A DNA stretch of 64,000 bases from an uncultured Enterobacteriaceae bacterium (GTDB taxonomy: Bacteria; Myxococcota_A; UBA9042): contig CAYURO010000013.1 of the NCBI GenBank assembly GCA_964447285.1, positions 16,029 to 80,028 on the forward strand, given 5' to 3'. Below the pieces are notes generated by a model. It was not told where the DNA came from. It saw only the letters and a program-made list of their open reading frames with translations, and made no database searches. The position numbers were made by a program, and so were the translations under genes. Shown one piece after another: positions 10,650-20,208 of the stretch; the stretch's first letter is position 1; every line of letters begins with the position of its first letter.

Positions 10650-10792
10650 GGCCCGCCGAACCGGCTCGTACGCCGTCACACGGGGTTCGATCCGTTGGGT
10701 CGGCGGGCGCAGCTGCCCGGCCACTGAACTGCCCGGCCCGGGGGTTCAGCCCCTGGCATCCGGCAACCGGTCAAAACCACTGTGACAACGGA

Positions 10793-11062
10793 CTAGGACC
10801 CGCGCGGCGAAGACGCCATGGGCGACGACAACGTCTTGCTGTCCAAAGGTGCTGACGACAGGCGTGACCAGTTCGACACGGCGCCGATGACGTCCAACTG
10901 GACGACCAACAGCACAATCAAACCGACGAACGCCAACACCACAGCAAGCAACAGCGGGTGGACGTGACACGCCCGCCCCGTGCAGGGGACGCGGCTGGCC
11001 GACGTGAAGTGGGACACCAGATCGTCCAGAACGAGTGGACCGGGATTGCGAGAGGACTTCAT
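10793..11062 (-). CDS. Small single-pass membrane protein (89 aa), sigma54-driven
   Basis: ATG at 11062 lies about 50 bp downstream of a consensus sigma54 promoter; one strong TM segment (PLLLAVVLAFVGLIVLLVV). Confidence 0.5.
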   Translation of the reverse strand: MKSSRNPGPLVLDDLVSHFTSASRVPCTGRACHVHPLLLAVVLAFVGLIVLLVVQLDVIGAVSNWSRLSSAPLDSKTLSSPMASSPRGS

Positions 11063-11113
11063 CCAGGGTTCCGGGAGCGTCGCCAGTGGGGGGAGACGTG
11101 CGCCGGCGACAGG

Positions 11114-11129
11114 AGCAAGACGCGTGCCA
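11114..11129 (-). promoter_or_regulatory. Sigma54 (-24/-12) promoter
   Basis: The reverse complement reads TGGCAC-GCGTC-TTGCT, an exact consensus match, in an intergenic region. Confidence 0.75.
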
Positions 11130-11456
11130 CCCCTGCCGCGCCCGCCAAATCCTCCATGGATGCAGACCGGTAGCCCATGAAGCGTCACCTAAGTCGTCGC
11201 AGCGCCACAGGCTCGCCCGCCCCAAGGGATGTGCAGCATGTGTCTCAAATTGCGACGCACCGCCAGGTCCACTGCGGCCTCCCACAGCGGTTCACCTTCG
11301 CCTATCCCCCGTTTGCGCCCGCGGCAGACCATGTCGCACCTTGACGCATACGACGCAGGCGCGTAGGAACAGGGGCTGGATCCGCACGACCGGCACGTAC
11401 GCAAGTGCTTGGAACCACGCACGTCTACCGCCTGGTGCAGCCGGGCTGAGGTTCTC

Positions 11457-12248
11457 ATGTCGTTGCTCCGCCTCCTCGGCATCGCACTGTGCTTGGTTGT
11501 TGCGCCCCTCGCGGCCGCGCACGCCGCCGTGAATCAGCCCGCTGCGAACGCGCCCGGCACCCTGCCGCCTTCCGCCGCCCCGCCCGCAGACCCGACCGCG
11601 ATCACCGCCGACACCATCGCGACCGCCCCCAAGCCCGCAGACTTTCAGTACGCCATCGTGCGCAGCGGCTGGGTCGACGACCTGAGTGGGACGCTGCTGT
11701 ATGTGAAATCGGCAAAGGGCGCTGACACTTCGATCGCCGTGCCCGTGCCGCGCGACCGCAAGCTTCTTGCGACGCTGATCGCGGGTGGCACGCTGGACGA
11801 TCTGGTCACCGGCACTGTCCTGACCGTGCGCTACGACCCACGCGGCGTGGTGCGGCCCGAGATCATCATCGAGAAGGCGTCGCACGTGGAAGTTCTCGAA
11901 AACGCCAAGGTGCTGGACCGCGGCGGCAGCAAGTTGTTCGTGCTGACGGCGGACGGACAGCACCGCGGGTTCCAGATCGAGGGCGGTCCTGCGGAATGGC
12001 AGCAAGTCGTCAAGAATGGCCAAGCGGCATCGCTGGTTGCGGGCGCCAAGATCCGCATCGCCTACGACCCCAGCGGCCGGCTTCCGCTCGAGATCACCGT
12101 CGTCGAGGCTCCCCCCAGTGCCAAGGCTGCCGACCGCGGCTGCGGCTGCCGAGTCGCTGCCGGGGCCCCCGATCCCGGCGTCGGCGCTGCAGTGCTGCTG
12201 GGTCTGGTGCTGATCGGGCTGGTTGCGCTGCGACGTCGGTCGGCCTGA
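11457..12248 (+). CDS. Secreted protein with MYXO-CTERM-like sorting tail and repeated OB-like (DUF5666-like) modules
   Basis: Signal peptide; two similar modules ending LVTGTVLTVRYDP and LVAGAKIRIAYDP; C-terminal GCGC...hydrophobic helix...RRR. Confidence 0.75.
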   Translation: MSLLRLLGIALCLVVAPLAAAHAAVNQPAANAPGTLPPSAAPPADPTAITADTIATAPKPADFQYAIVRSGWVDDLSGTLLYVKSAKGADTSIAVPVPRDRKLLATLIAGGTLDDLVTGTVLTVRYDPRGVVRPEIIIEKASHVEVLENAKVLDRGGSKLFVLTADGQHRGFQIEGGPAEWQQVVKNGQAASLVAGAKIRIAYDPSGRLPLEITVVEAPPSAKAADRGCGCRVAAGAPDPGVGAAVLLGLVLIGLVALRRRSA

Positions 12249-12392
12249 TCCGTCGATTCGCCGTCTTCGCACCGGTAGCCGTCGCGCTCGCGAAGGTCTA
12301 CAATCCCGCGCGCCGCGCGATGCGGCCCAGATTCAGGTCCCCGTTCGCCACGGTCGTCGACCGTCCGTTCGTCAGGTCCCCCCGGAGGAAGC

Positions 12393-13373
12393 ATGGCGCA
12401 GGATCGCCAGTTCGAGCAGCTCGTTTCCACCATCGCCGACCGCGTCCGCGCCGAGCTTGCGCGTCAAAGCGGCGCTGCTGCCGCGCCGTCCCACAGCCAC
12501 GGGCACGACCACGGCCATGACCACGCCCCCCGACCCGGCCAGCCGTGCAAAGCCGGCAAGGGCGAGTGCACCGGTTGCGGCTGGTCGACCTCGCGCCGCC
12601 CGGACGACGTCCGGAAAATCATTGACTTGGGCGCCCATCGCGTCTCCGCAGCCCCCGGGCAGGCAGAGCATGTGCGGCAGGACCTCGCCCACTTCATCGA
12701 CCACACGCTGCTGAAGGCCAACGTCACCCGCGACGAGCTGAAGAAGCTGTGTTCCGAGGCCGCCCAGTACAAGTTCGCCAGCGTCTGCGTGAATGCGGCC
12801 AACGTCGCCTACTGCGCTCGCGAGCTGCGCGGTTCTGGCGTGCCCGTCGTCGCCGTCGTCGGCTTCCCGCTCGGTGCCACCACGCCCGGAGCCAAGGCGT
12901 TCGAGACCAAGGAAGCGATTCGCGACGGCGCCGAAGAGATCGACATGGTGCTGAACATCGGCGCCCTGAAGTCCCGCGACTACGCGCTGGTCCTCGAAGA
13001 CATCCGCAAGGTGGTCGAGGCCGCTGGCAGCCGCAAGGTCAAGGTCATCCTCGAGACGGGCGAGCTGAACCGCGACGAGAAGGTCATCTCCTGCGTCCTG
13101 TCCAAGATCGCCGGCGCGGCTTTCGTCAAGACTTCCACGGGCTTCGGACCCGGAGGCGCGACCGCAGAGGACGTGCAGTTGATGAAGTCGGTCGTCGGCG
13201 ACGGCGTCGAGGTCAAGGCCTCGGGCGGCGTGCGCACGGCGGACGACGTCGACCGCATGATCCAGGCGGGTGCCACCCGCATCGGCGCAAGCGCGTCGGT
13301 CGCCATCGTGCGCGGCCAGACGGAGAAGGCCGACCCGAAGGCCGGTCCGAAGCGAGTCGTCGGAGGTTACTGA
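12393..13373 (+). CDS. deoC: Deoxyribose-phosphate aldolase with a roughly 95-aa N-terminal extension
   Basis: IDHTLLK, VVGFPLG, EIDMV, KVILET, FVKTSTGF, VKASGG and GATRIGAS motifs; GGAGG RBS. Confidence 0.95.
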   Translation: MAQDRQFEQLVSTIADRVRAELARQSGAAAAPSHSHGHDHGHDHAPRPGQPCKAGKGECTGCGWSTSRRPDDVRKIIDLGAHRVSAAPGQAEHVRQDLAHFIDHTLLKANVTRDELKKLCSEAAQYKFASVCVNAANVAYCARELRGSGVPVVAVVGFPLGATTPGAKAFETKEAIRDGAEEIDMVLNIGALKSRDYALVLEDIRKVVEAAGSRKVKVILETGELNRDEKVISCVLSKIAGAAFVKTSTGFGPGGATAEDVQLMKSVVGDGVEVKASGGVRTADDVDRMIQAGATRIGASASVAIVRGQTEKADPKAGPKRVVGGY

Positions 13374-15502
13374 TGCGCGCGCGGCAACAGGGGGGCGTCT
13401 TTGGTCTTCCCCTGTTGAGCGTGAGCGTTTGCCTCGCTCTGGGCCTGCTGTCCGCGTGTGAGGCCGGCACTGGCGCGCAGTCGCTATTGCCCGGCGACAT
13501 CATTTCCTCTCAAGACAGCGTCACGGAAGCTACGGTCGACGCGGTCGCTGCCGTGCCGTTGGACCCCGCGCTGCTCGTGGACCCGTGGGCGGGCCAGTCA
13601 ACCGGCGCCGTGGCGGTCTACGACCTTGAGGATAAGTCCTGGCATGGACAGCCGTTTCCTTCAGACGCACGCCGCCAACCTGACGGCCACTTGGACCTGA
13701 GCGGCTTTCCCCCTCCGCGCACAGGCGACCCATCGCCGCTGCTGACGGGCTATCTCGAGCACGCCAGCCAGATCCTCGACGGTTGGGGTGTGCAGCCCAC
13801 CCTCTTTGTTCGGTTCGACGCGCCGCTGGACAAAGACGGTCTGGTCAGCGCCTTGGCCCCTGCGCAAACCGCGCCCTACCTGCTGCTGGATGTGGACGCC
13901 GCCAGCCCAGAGTACGGCAGGCGCATTGCCCTGAACGCCAACCTGTCGGGTCCCCAACGCGGCCAATATCTCGAGAGCAACCTGCTGGCCGTCCAACCGG
14001 CATGGGGCCTGCCGCTGCGCGAAGGGACGTCCTATGCCCTGCTGGTGCGTCGAAGCCTGCGCGATGCCAAGGGATTGCCGTTGGGGCGTGCTCCGTTGTT
14101 TGCCCAAGTGATCGACGCGCTTGCGCTGGGAAAGGCACCGGACACCCTGCCCCAGCCGCTGCAGAAGCTGGCGACGTCGCTGCTGCCGCTGGTGCAGGCG
14201 TGGCGCGACGGCAAGGTGACGATCCCCGTGGCGGATCTGGCGGCGGCGACGGTGTTCACCACCGGCCATCCGACGGCGCAGCTGCAACGCATGGCGGAGT
14301 GGGTGCGGACCAAGGCGCCCAGCAAGCCCGCGCTGCAGTGGAAGAAGATCGACAGCAAGGACAAGAGCTTCGACCTGTACGTCGGCATCTATGAGGGCCC
14401 CGACTTCCAGCAGGGGATCCCGCCCTACAACGCAACGGGTTCCGGCGGTTTCGTGTTCGACGCCGATGGCGACCCGGTGGTCCAACGCACGGTGCCCCTG
14501 CGGGTGGCGCTGGCGGTGCCGGTCGACCGCACGCTGGAGGTGGGCGGCAAGCTGCCCGTCGTCCTGTCAGCCCACGGCACCGGAGGCGACTACCTGTCGT
14601 TCGTCGGCGGCGGCACGCAGCGCATCGGTCACAACTTGGCCGTGCGTGGGCTTGCAGTCGTCAGCATCGACCAACCGCTGCATGGCCCCCGCTGCGACCC
14701 GCCGATCAGCGGCGATGAGTTGGACTTCAAGACCTTTAACTTCCTGAACGTGTCTGCAGGCTTGGCCGGTTTTCGCCAGTCTGCACTCGACACGGTATTC
14801 CTCGCCCGCATGGTCAAGGAGGGGCAGCTGGACCTGCCTGCCAAGACCGCGGGGGATGAGGGGGTGGCGCTGGACGGCGGGCGCATGGCCTTCATCGGTC
14901 ACAGTCAGGGCGGACTGTCCGGGGCGCTGGTCGCGGCGGTCGAACCGTCCCTTCGGGCCTTCGTGCTGTCGGGCGCTGGGGCCGGATTGTCGATGACGAT
15001 CCTGCTGCGCAAGGACCCGATGGACATCGCGGCGACGCTGAGTCTGATGCTGAACTTGGATCCTTATGAAGTCAGCGAGTTGCACCCGACGATTGCGCTT
15101 GTGCAGCTGGTGGCCGACGTGACTGACCCGGGTGCCTACGCCCCCGAAGTGTTGCAGCGCCCCGCCGGCCAGCGCCCGCCCCATGTGCTGCTGACGGAGG
15201 GACTTTTGGACGCGGCGACGCCCTCGGCCACGTCCGAAGCATTGGCGTCGGGCATGGGTTTGGACGTGTTGGCCCCGCTGGTCCACATGAGCGACGCCAT
15301 GCAGGCCAAAGGAACCCAGGTGCTGACCGGTCCGGTGACGCACAACCTGACGCGAAACGGTTTTGGCGTCACGGCGTTGGTGTCGCAGTGGGATGGTGCC
15401 GACCACTTCGTGATCTTCGACGACGCGAAGGCAGCCCAGCTCTACACCGAGTTTCTGGGGTCGACGTTGGAGACCGGCGACGCCACCGCCAAGCTGCCGT
15501 AA
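13373..15502 (+). CDS. Large lipoprotein with an Ig-like N-terminal region and a C-terminal alpha/beta hydrolase (myxobacterial lipase-like)
   Basis: TGATG overlap with deoC; lipobox LSAC; HGTGG and GHSQGG nucleophile elbow. The 12749 start in the ORF track is an alternate-frame extension over deoC. Confidence 0.75.
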   Translation: MRARQQGGVFGLPLLSVSVCLALGLLSACEAGTGAQSLLPGDIISSQDSVTEATVDAVAAVPLDPALLVDPWAGQSTGAVAVYDLEDKSWHGQPFPSDARRQPDGHLDLSGFPPPRTGDPSPLLTGYLEHASQILDGWGVQPTLFVRFDAPLDKDGLVSALAPAQTAPYLLLDVDAASPEYGRRIALNANLSGPQRGQYLESNLLAVQPAWGLPLREGTSYALLVRRSLRDAKGLPLGRAPLFAQVIDALALGKAPDTLPQPLQKLATSLLPLVQAWRDGKVTIPVADLAAATVFTTGHPTAQLQRMAEWVRTKAPSKPALQWKKIDSKDKSFDLYVGIYEGPDFQQGIPPYNATGSGGFVFDADGDPVVQRTVPLRVALAVPVDRTLEVGGKLPVVLSAHGTGGDYLSFVGGGTQRIGHNLAVRGLAVVSIDQPLHGPRCDPPISGDELDFKTFNFLNVSAGLAGFRQSALDTVFLARMVKEGQLDLPAKTAGDEGVALDGGRMAFIGHSQGGLSGALVAAVEPSLRAFVLSGAGAGLSMTILLRKDPMDIAATLSLMLNLDPYEVSELHPTIALVQLVADVTDPGAYAPEVLQRPAGQRPPHVLLTEGLLDAATPSATSEALASGMGLDVLAPLVHMSDAMQAKGTQVLTGPVTHNLTRNGFGVTALVSQWDGADHFVIFDDAKAAQLYTEFLGSTLETGDATAKLP

Positions 15503-15552
15503 GTCGCAGCTTCCGGGCAGCCAACCGCACGGAGGCGCGTGCGGACAGCGAA

Positions 15553-16236
15553 TCAGCTGACCAGCGCAGCCCACCACGCCCGCAGCCACAGCCGCCCCGC
15601 CCCGCAGCCCTGGTCCCACCCCAACTCCGGGTGGAACTGGCTGGCAAGGATGGGCAACTCGCGATGCGCAAAGGCTTCGACGGGAGTGGGGTCGCTGCTT
15701 GCCACCGCAACGAACGCTTCGGGCAGATCCACGACCTGTTCGACGTGGCTCTCGAACGCACAACCGCCCGCCAAGTCCCAGTCCCTCAGGTGACCCACGG
15801 CCGCGGCGGGCCACCAGATGGGCAGCCGACCGTGCAACAGTCGCACCGGCAGCGGCCCGCGAATCTTCTGGTTGTTGGCGTAGTTCGCTCCCACCGCCTC
15901 GCCGAATGCCGAGCCAATGCGGCCGCCCCAAGCCAAGGCCAACGCCTGCATCCCGCCGCAAACCCCCAACACCGGCCGATTTGCCGCCACCACGAACCCC
16001 CTCAGCCACGGCAGAAAGTCCGCATCGTAGGCGGAGAACGGCGTGCCCTGCGGCCCCAACACCACGGCGGCGAAACCCTGCAAGGAGTTGGACGCGTTGC
16101 GTAATTCCGCATGGTGAAGCGTCACGGCCTCGAGAGCACCATCCGAGACAGCCGTGAGCCCGAGGCCCAGATTGCGACAGCCGCCGAGCTCAGTCGGGTC
16201 CAGATTCAGGTTGACGATCAAGACCTTTCGCGTCAC
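15553..16236 (-). CDS. Class I glutamine amidotransferase (GMP-synthase-like GATase domain)
   Basis: [10 protein letters not shown] (catalytic Cys), ESH and QFHPE motifs; GTG start overlaps the upstream stop (GTGA). Confidence 0.8.
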   Translation of the reverse strand: MTRKVLIVNLNLDPTELGGCRNLGLGLTAVSDGALEAVTLHHAELRNASNSLQGFAAVVLGPQGTPFSAYDADFLPWLRGFVVAANRPVLGVCGGMQALALAWGGRIGSAFGEAVGANYANNQKIRGPLPVRLLHGRLPIWWPAAAVGHLRDWDLAGGCAFESHVEQVVDLPEAFVAVASSDPTPVEAFAHRELPILASQFHPELGWDQGCGAGRLWLRAWWAALVS

Positions 16237-18980
16237 TTGCAGGCCTGGGTACGAGTCTCGGTGCTGGCGTTGCACGAGAACCAACTCCAAGAGCAGGACG
16301 TGAGGAAAGCGCCTGCTTGGCCACACCCGGGGCTGCCCGTGAAGCCCTGATTGGTACCACACGAGAAGACGTTGTTGGAGCACCCGCCGCCGTTGGGATA
16401 CTGGTAGTTGGTCGTGCCGCTGCAGTCGTAGTCAAAGTTGCCGTCGCCACGGTGGGACGTGAAGTAGTTGCCTTGACCCGGCTTGACGTTGCCGTTGAGG
16501 TCGAAGCAGTCGTCACCGTTCTTGACCTTGTAGGTCGCGTCGGGAGCGCACTTGCACTTCGGTGTTCCCGCGCCAAAACCATCTCCGTCGGCGTCGGGCC
16601 AGTACTTCACGCAGCCGGACGCGTCGTCTTCGTTGAACAGACCGTTGCAGTTCTCATCGCCGCCGCCGCACTTCTCGGGCAAGCCGGGGTTCACGTTGAT
16701 GTCGACGTCCACGCAGTCGAAAGGCGTCTTCAGCTTCGCGGTGAACTTGTCGTAAGGCGCGCACAGGCACTGCTTGAAGTCCACGGGCCACGTGTCGCCG
16801 TCCACGTCGGCGTAGTAGTCGACGCAATTGGCGCTGCCGGGCACATCGGTCTGGCCGTCACAGTTGTCGTCGATGCCGTTGCAAGCCTCGATCTGCGCCG
16901 GGAACACGTGCACATCCAAAGGCAGGCAGTCCAGTCCGTCCGGTGAGCCATCGCCGTCGTCGTCGTCGTCACAGGCGTTGCCCAGCGCGTCCTTGTCCGT
17001 GTTCGTCTGGTCGGCGTTGACCACGAACGGGCAGTTGTCGACGCCATCCAGCACGCCGTCATTGTCGTCGTCCGGGTCGCAAACGTCGCCCTTCTTGTCG
17101 CCGTCGGTGTCCTTCTGGTCCAGGTTCTTGTCGAGCGGGCAGTTGTCGTCTCCGTCGAACACACCGTCGCCGTCGTCGTCCGCGTCGCAGGCGTCGCCCT
17201 GCTTGTCACCGTCGGTGTCGGTCTGGGTGTTGTTTGAGACTACCGGGCAGTTGTCGGCTTCGTCCGGAACAGAGTCAGCGTCGTCATCCGGGTCGCACAT
17301 ATCGCCCTGCTTGTCGCTGTCGGTATCCAGTTGGTCGGGATTGGCGTTCAGGGGGCAGTTGTCATCGACATCGGGCTCGCCGTCCCCGTCATCGTCCCCG
17401 TCGCAGGCGTCGCCCTGCGTGTCGCCGTCGGTGTCCAGTTGGTCCGGATTGGCCATCAGCGGACAATTATCTTCGAGATCCAAGAGTTTATCGTCGTCAT
17501 CGTCATCGTCGCACACGTTGCCCAACTGGTCGCCATCCGTGTCCAACTGGTCCGGGTTCACCACCAACGTGCAGTCGTCCGCCAAGTCCAGCACGCCGTC
17601 CGCGTCGTCGTCGGCGTCACACGCATCGCCCAGCAGGTCGCCGTCCGTGTCGATCTGGTCCTCGTTCGCAGTCGTCGTGCAGTTGTCGGCCAGGTCCAAC
17701 ACTCCGTCGCTGTCGTCATCGCCGTCGCAGGCATCGCCCGCCTTGTCCCCGTCGGTATCCAGCTGGTCCCCGTTTGCGGTCAGCGGGCAGTTGTCCGCGG
17801 CATCGAGCACGCCGTCGCCGTCGTCATCGTCATCGCAAGCATCGCCCAACCCATCGCCGTCGGTGTTGGTCTGGCTGGGGTCGGCGGCCAGCGTGCAGTC
17901 ATCCGCCAAGTCGAGCACACCGTCATTGTCGTCATCGGCGTCCACGCAATCGGCCAGTGGGTCGCTGTCGGTGTTCGGGAACCCGTCGTCCGTCGCGCCG
18001 CTGCAGTCGTCGTCGATGCCGTTGCACTCGTCCTTGGCGGGTGTCGGACCGTCGCACTGCATCTCACCGCCCTTGCACACCATGACCCCGGGGCACTCGC
18101 CGACGTCATTGGCGATCTTGCAGTCCGGTGTGGGAATTCCGTTGTCGGTCTCGCCGTCGCAGTCATCGTCGAGCTGGTTGCAGGTCTCGGCGGCCGGCGT
18201 CTTGGCGTCGCACGCTGTCAATCCGTCAGGGCCGCACGCCCGACTGCCATCGCAAGTCCATGGGTTGACAGTCTTTCCACAAGAGGTGGCCGCATTCAGG
18301 GCCGTGGCCAGCGCGCTGCACGAGCAGCCACCCGGCGCAGTGGACACGCACAGGCCCTTCAGGTCCGCCCCAGCCACGCAAGAGTAGCCGACCGGGCACG
18401 CGTCCTTGGCAGAGCAGGCCGTGGTGCAGAAGCTGCCCACCCCGTCAGTCTCCGCGCGGCAGGTAGCACCGGCCAGGCAGTCGGAGTCGCTGGCGCACGG
18501 GGTGCAAAGGCTGGCGTGGCGGTCCAGACAAGCGAGCGGCGAGTCCTTCACCATCGGCTCGGTCGGACCGCAGGCAGTGCCCTCGGGGCAGCCCGCGTTG
18601 CACGCCATCGCGCACCGCCGCCGGTCTGCCGACCAGGCGCACAGCCCCGTGTCGCACTCAGCGCCCGCGTCGCAGTCTGCGCCCACCGGTTTGTCGCCCT
18701 TGGGCAGCTCGGTCGTACTGCCGTCCGTGGCCACGTCGGTGACGACACCGTCCTGGGGGGGGGTCACGGCATCGGGGTCGGTCACACCGTCCGTCACCAA
18801 CCCGTCCGTCACCAACCCGTCCGTCAAGGCATCGCTGGGCATGGAGTCGGTCGCCACGTCCATGGAGGGCGCCTCTACCGTTTCATCGCCACAACCGTGC
18901 AGGAAGAGGCCTGCGACAAGCACCGCACAGGCAAGCGCTGCATGGTCCGAAACAGAGAGACGAAGTGGGCGTGCGCGCAT
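16233..18980 (-). CDS. Cys-rich surface lipoprotein with thrombospondin type 3 repeats and MopE-like CNGxDDDCDG motifs
   Basis: Lipobox LHGC; EGF-like Cys-rich region; several C-N-x-x-D-D-[DN]-C-[DS]-G motifs; tandem DxDxDG...DNCP...NxDQxDT repeats. Confidence 0.85.
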   Translation of the reverse strand: MRARPLRLSVSDHAALACAVLVAGLFLHGCGDETVEAPSMDVATDSMPSDALTDGLVTDGLVTDGVTDPDAVTPPQDGVVTDVATDGSTTELPKGDKPVGADCDAGAECDTGLCAWSADRRRCAMACNAGCPEGTACGPTEPMVKDSPLACLDRHASLCTPCASDSDCLAGATCRAETDGVGSFCTTACSAKDACPVGYSCVAGADLKGLCVSTAPGGCSCSALATALNAATSCGKTVNPWTCDGSRACGPDGLTACDAKTPAAETCNQLDDDCDGETDNGIPTPDCKIANDVGECPGVMVCKGGEMQCDGPTPAKDECNGIDDDCSGATDDGFPNTDSDPLADCVDADDDNDGVLDLADDCTLAADPSQTNTDGDGLGDACDDDDDGDGVLDAADNCPLTANGDQLDTDGDKAGDACDGDDDSDGVLDLADNCTTTANEDQIDTDGDLLGDACDADDDADGVLDLADDCTLVVNPDQLDTDGDQLGNVCDDDDDDDKLLDLEDNCPLMANPDQLDTDGDTQGDACDGDDDGDGEPDVDDNCPLNANPDQLDTDSDKQGDMCDPDDDADSVPDEADNCPVVSNNTQTDTDGDKQGDACDADDDGDGVFDGDDNCPLDKNLDQKDTDGDKKGDVCDPDDDNDGVLDGVDNCPFVVNADQTNTDKDALGNACDDDDDGDGSPDGLDCLPLDVHVFPAQIEACNGIDDNCDGQTDVPGSANCVDYYADVDGDTWPVDFKQCLCAPYDKFTAKLKTPFDCVDVDINVNPGLPEKCGGGDENCNGLFNEDDASGCVKYWPDADGDGFGAGTPKCKCAPDATYKVKNGDDCFDLNGNVKPGQGNYFTSHRGDGNFDYDCSGTTNYQYPNGGGCSNNVFSCGTNQGFTGSPGCGQAGAFLTSCSWSWFSCNASTETRTQACK
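16920..17969 (-). repeat. Nine full and one partial 108-bp (36-aa) TSP3 calcium-binding repeats
   Basis: Consensus DGDxxGDACDxDDDxDGVxDxxDNCPLxxNxDQxDT, counted in the translation. Confidence 0.85.
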
Positions 18981-19181
18981 CGAATGGCCTCCTGATCCCG
19001 TTGGGGGGGCGCCAGCGTTGGGGGGGCCGGCACGGGAGAACAAATCCTAACAGATCGCCCCAAAGGCGGCACCCATGGCTGCGAAGGTTGGGACGGCGTG
19101 CCGAGACGGACCGGTTGCGCGCCGCATCGTTTGTCGCCTACACTCGGTCAGCGATCATTCGGGACCGCAAAGGCCTTTGGA

Positions 19182-19526
19182 ATGTCGACACTTTCCCAGA
19201 AATCTTGTGTCCCCTGCCGCGGCGGCGTCCCCCCACTGACCCCCGAGCAGCGCGCACCGTTCGCTGCTGAGGTTCCGGCATGGCGCGTGATCGAGGGCCA
19301 TCTGATCGAGCGCGTGTTTCGCTTCGAGGACTTCCGATCCGCACTGGAATTTGTCAATAAGATCGGTGACCTGTCCGACCAGCAGGGACATCACCCCGAC
19401 CTGCAGCTGGCGTGGGGCAAGGTCATCGTGCAGGTTTGGACGCACAAGATTGGTGGACTGACAGAGAGCGACTTCGTTCTGGCAGCCAAGATCGACGAGA
19501 TCGACCGAGGTCCGCTCGCCCACTAA
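19182..19526 (+). CDS. phhB: Pterin-4-alpha-carbinolamine dehydratase
   Basis: LSQKSCVPCRGG, HHPDL and WTHKIGGLTESDFVLAAKID motifs. Confidence 0.92.
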   Translation: MSTLSQKSCVPCRGGVPPLTPEQRAPFAAEVPAWRVIEGHLIERVFRFEDFRSALEFVNKIGDLSDQQGHHPDLQLAWGKVIVQVWTHKIGGLTESDFVLAAKIDEIDRGPLAH

Positions 19527-19563
19527 GCCCGGCGACCGCCCTCTTTGCCCAAGGAGACGCGAC

Positions 19564-20184
19564 ATGACGACCCGACGCCAGACGCTTGCCGCGTGCACAG
19601 TGCTGACCGCTCTGTCCATGCCGTTTGCTCACGGGTGCAAGGAACCGGCCCCCGTCGAACCTGTCGTACAGGCCACGCCCGAAGTGAGGCCCCCGGAGCC
19701 GGTCGCCAAGGTCATCACGCTGCTGAAGTCGAGGCTGCAGGATAGGTTGAAGGGCGAGATGGCCAAGGGCGGTGTCGAGGCTGCGTTGAAGGCGTGCCAG
19801 ATGGAGTCCGCCAGCATCCTGTCCGCAACCCAGAACCCTGCGGTGAAGGTCGGCCGCACCAGCTTCAAGCTGCGCAACCTTGCGAACCGCTCACCCTCCT
19901 GGGCGGAGTCCATCGTGCAGGCGTCGGCTGACCGGAAGGTAGCGGACGTCACGCCAAGGCACCTGCTGGACCTGGGAGAGGGCCGACAGGGCTACCTTGA
20001 GGTCATCGGCACCCAGGGGATGTGTCTGAACTGCCACGGTCCGGCGACGTCGTTCGCGCCCGGCGTGCGCGATCGCATCGCAGAGCTCTATCCCCAGGAC
20101 AAGGCGGTCGGGTTTGCCGAGGGCGACGTGCGCGGCTGGTTCTGGGCGGAATTCACGCCGGCGACACACCCTGCGGTTCCGTAA
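19564..20184 (+). CDS. Monoheme c-type cytochrome lipoprotein, DUF3365/Tll0287-like
   Basis: GGVEAALKAC, RTSFKLRN, CLNCHG heme motif and YPQDKAVGFAEGDVRG. Confidence 0.85.
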   Translation: MTTRRQTLAACTVLTALSMPFAHGCKEPAPVEPVVQATPEVRPPEPVAKVITLLKSRLQDRLKGEMAKGGVEAALKACQMESASILSATQNPAVKVGRTSFKLRNLANRSPSWAESIVQASADRKVADVTPRHLLDLGEGRQGYLEVIGTQGMCLNCHGPATSFAPGVRDRIAELYPQDKAVGFAEGDVRGWFWAEFTPATHPAVP

Positions 20185-20208
20185 GGGGACGCGCGCAACG
20201 ATGTCGCG

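Noticed and set aside
12371-12395. SRP (4.5S) RNA-like string TCAGGTCC...GGAAGCA
   Set aside because: It lacks the GGAA tetraloop geometry and long flanking stem. The GGAGG is simply the deoC ribosome-binding site.
12749-13372. 917-aa ORF apparently overlapping deoC
   Set aside because: The N-terminal 208 codons are an Arg-rich alternate frame of deoC. The real start is the ATG at 13373, followed by a lipoprotein signal.
16920-17969. Regularly spaced repeats as a possible CRISPR array
   Set aside because: They are in-frame, degenerate 108-bp coding repeats (TSP3) without unique spacers or cas genes.
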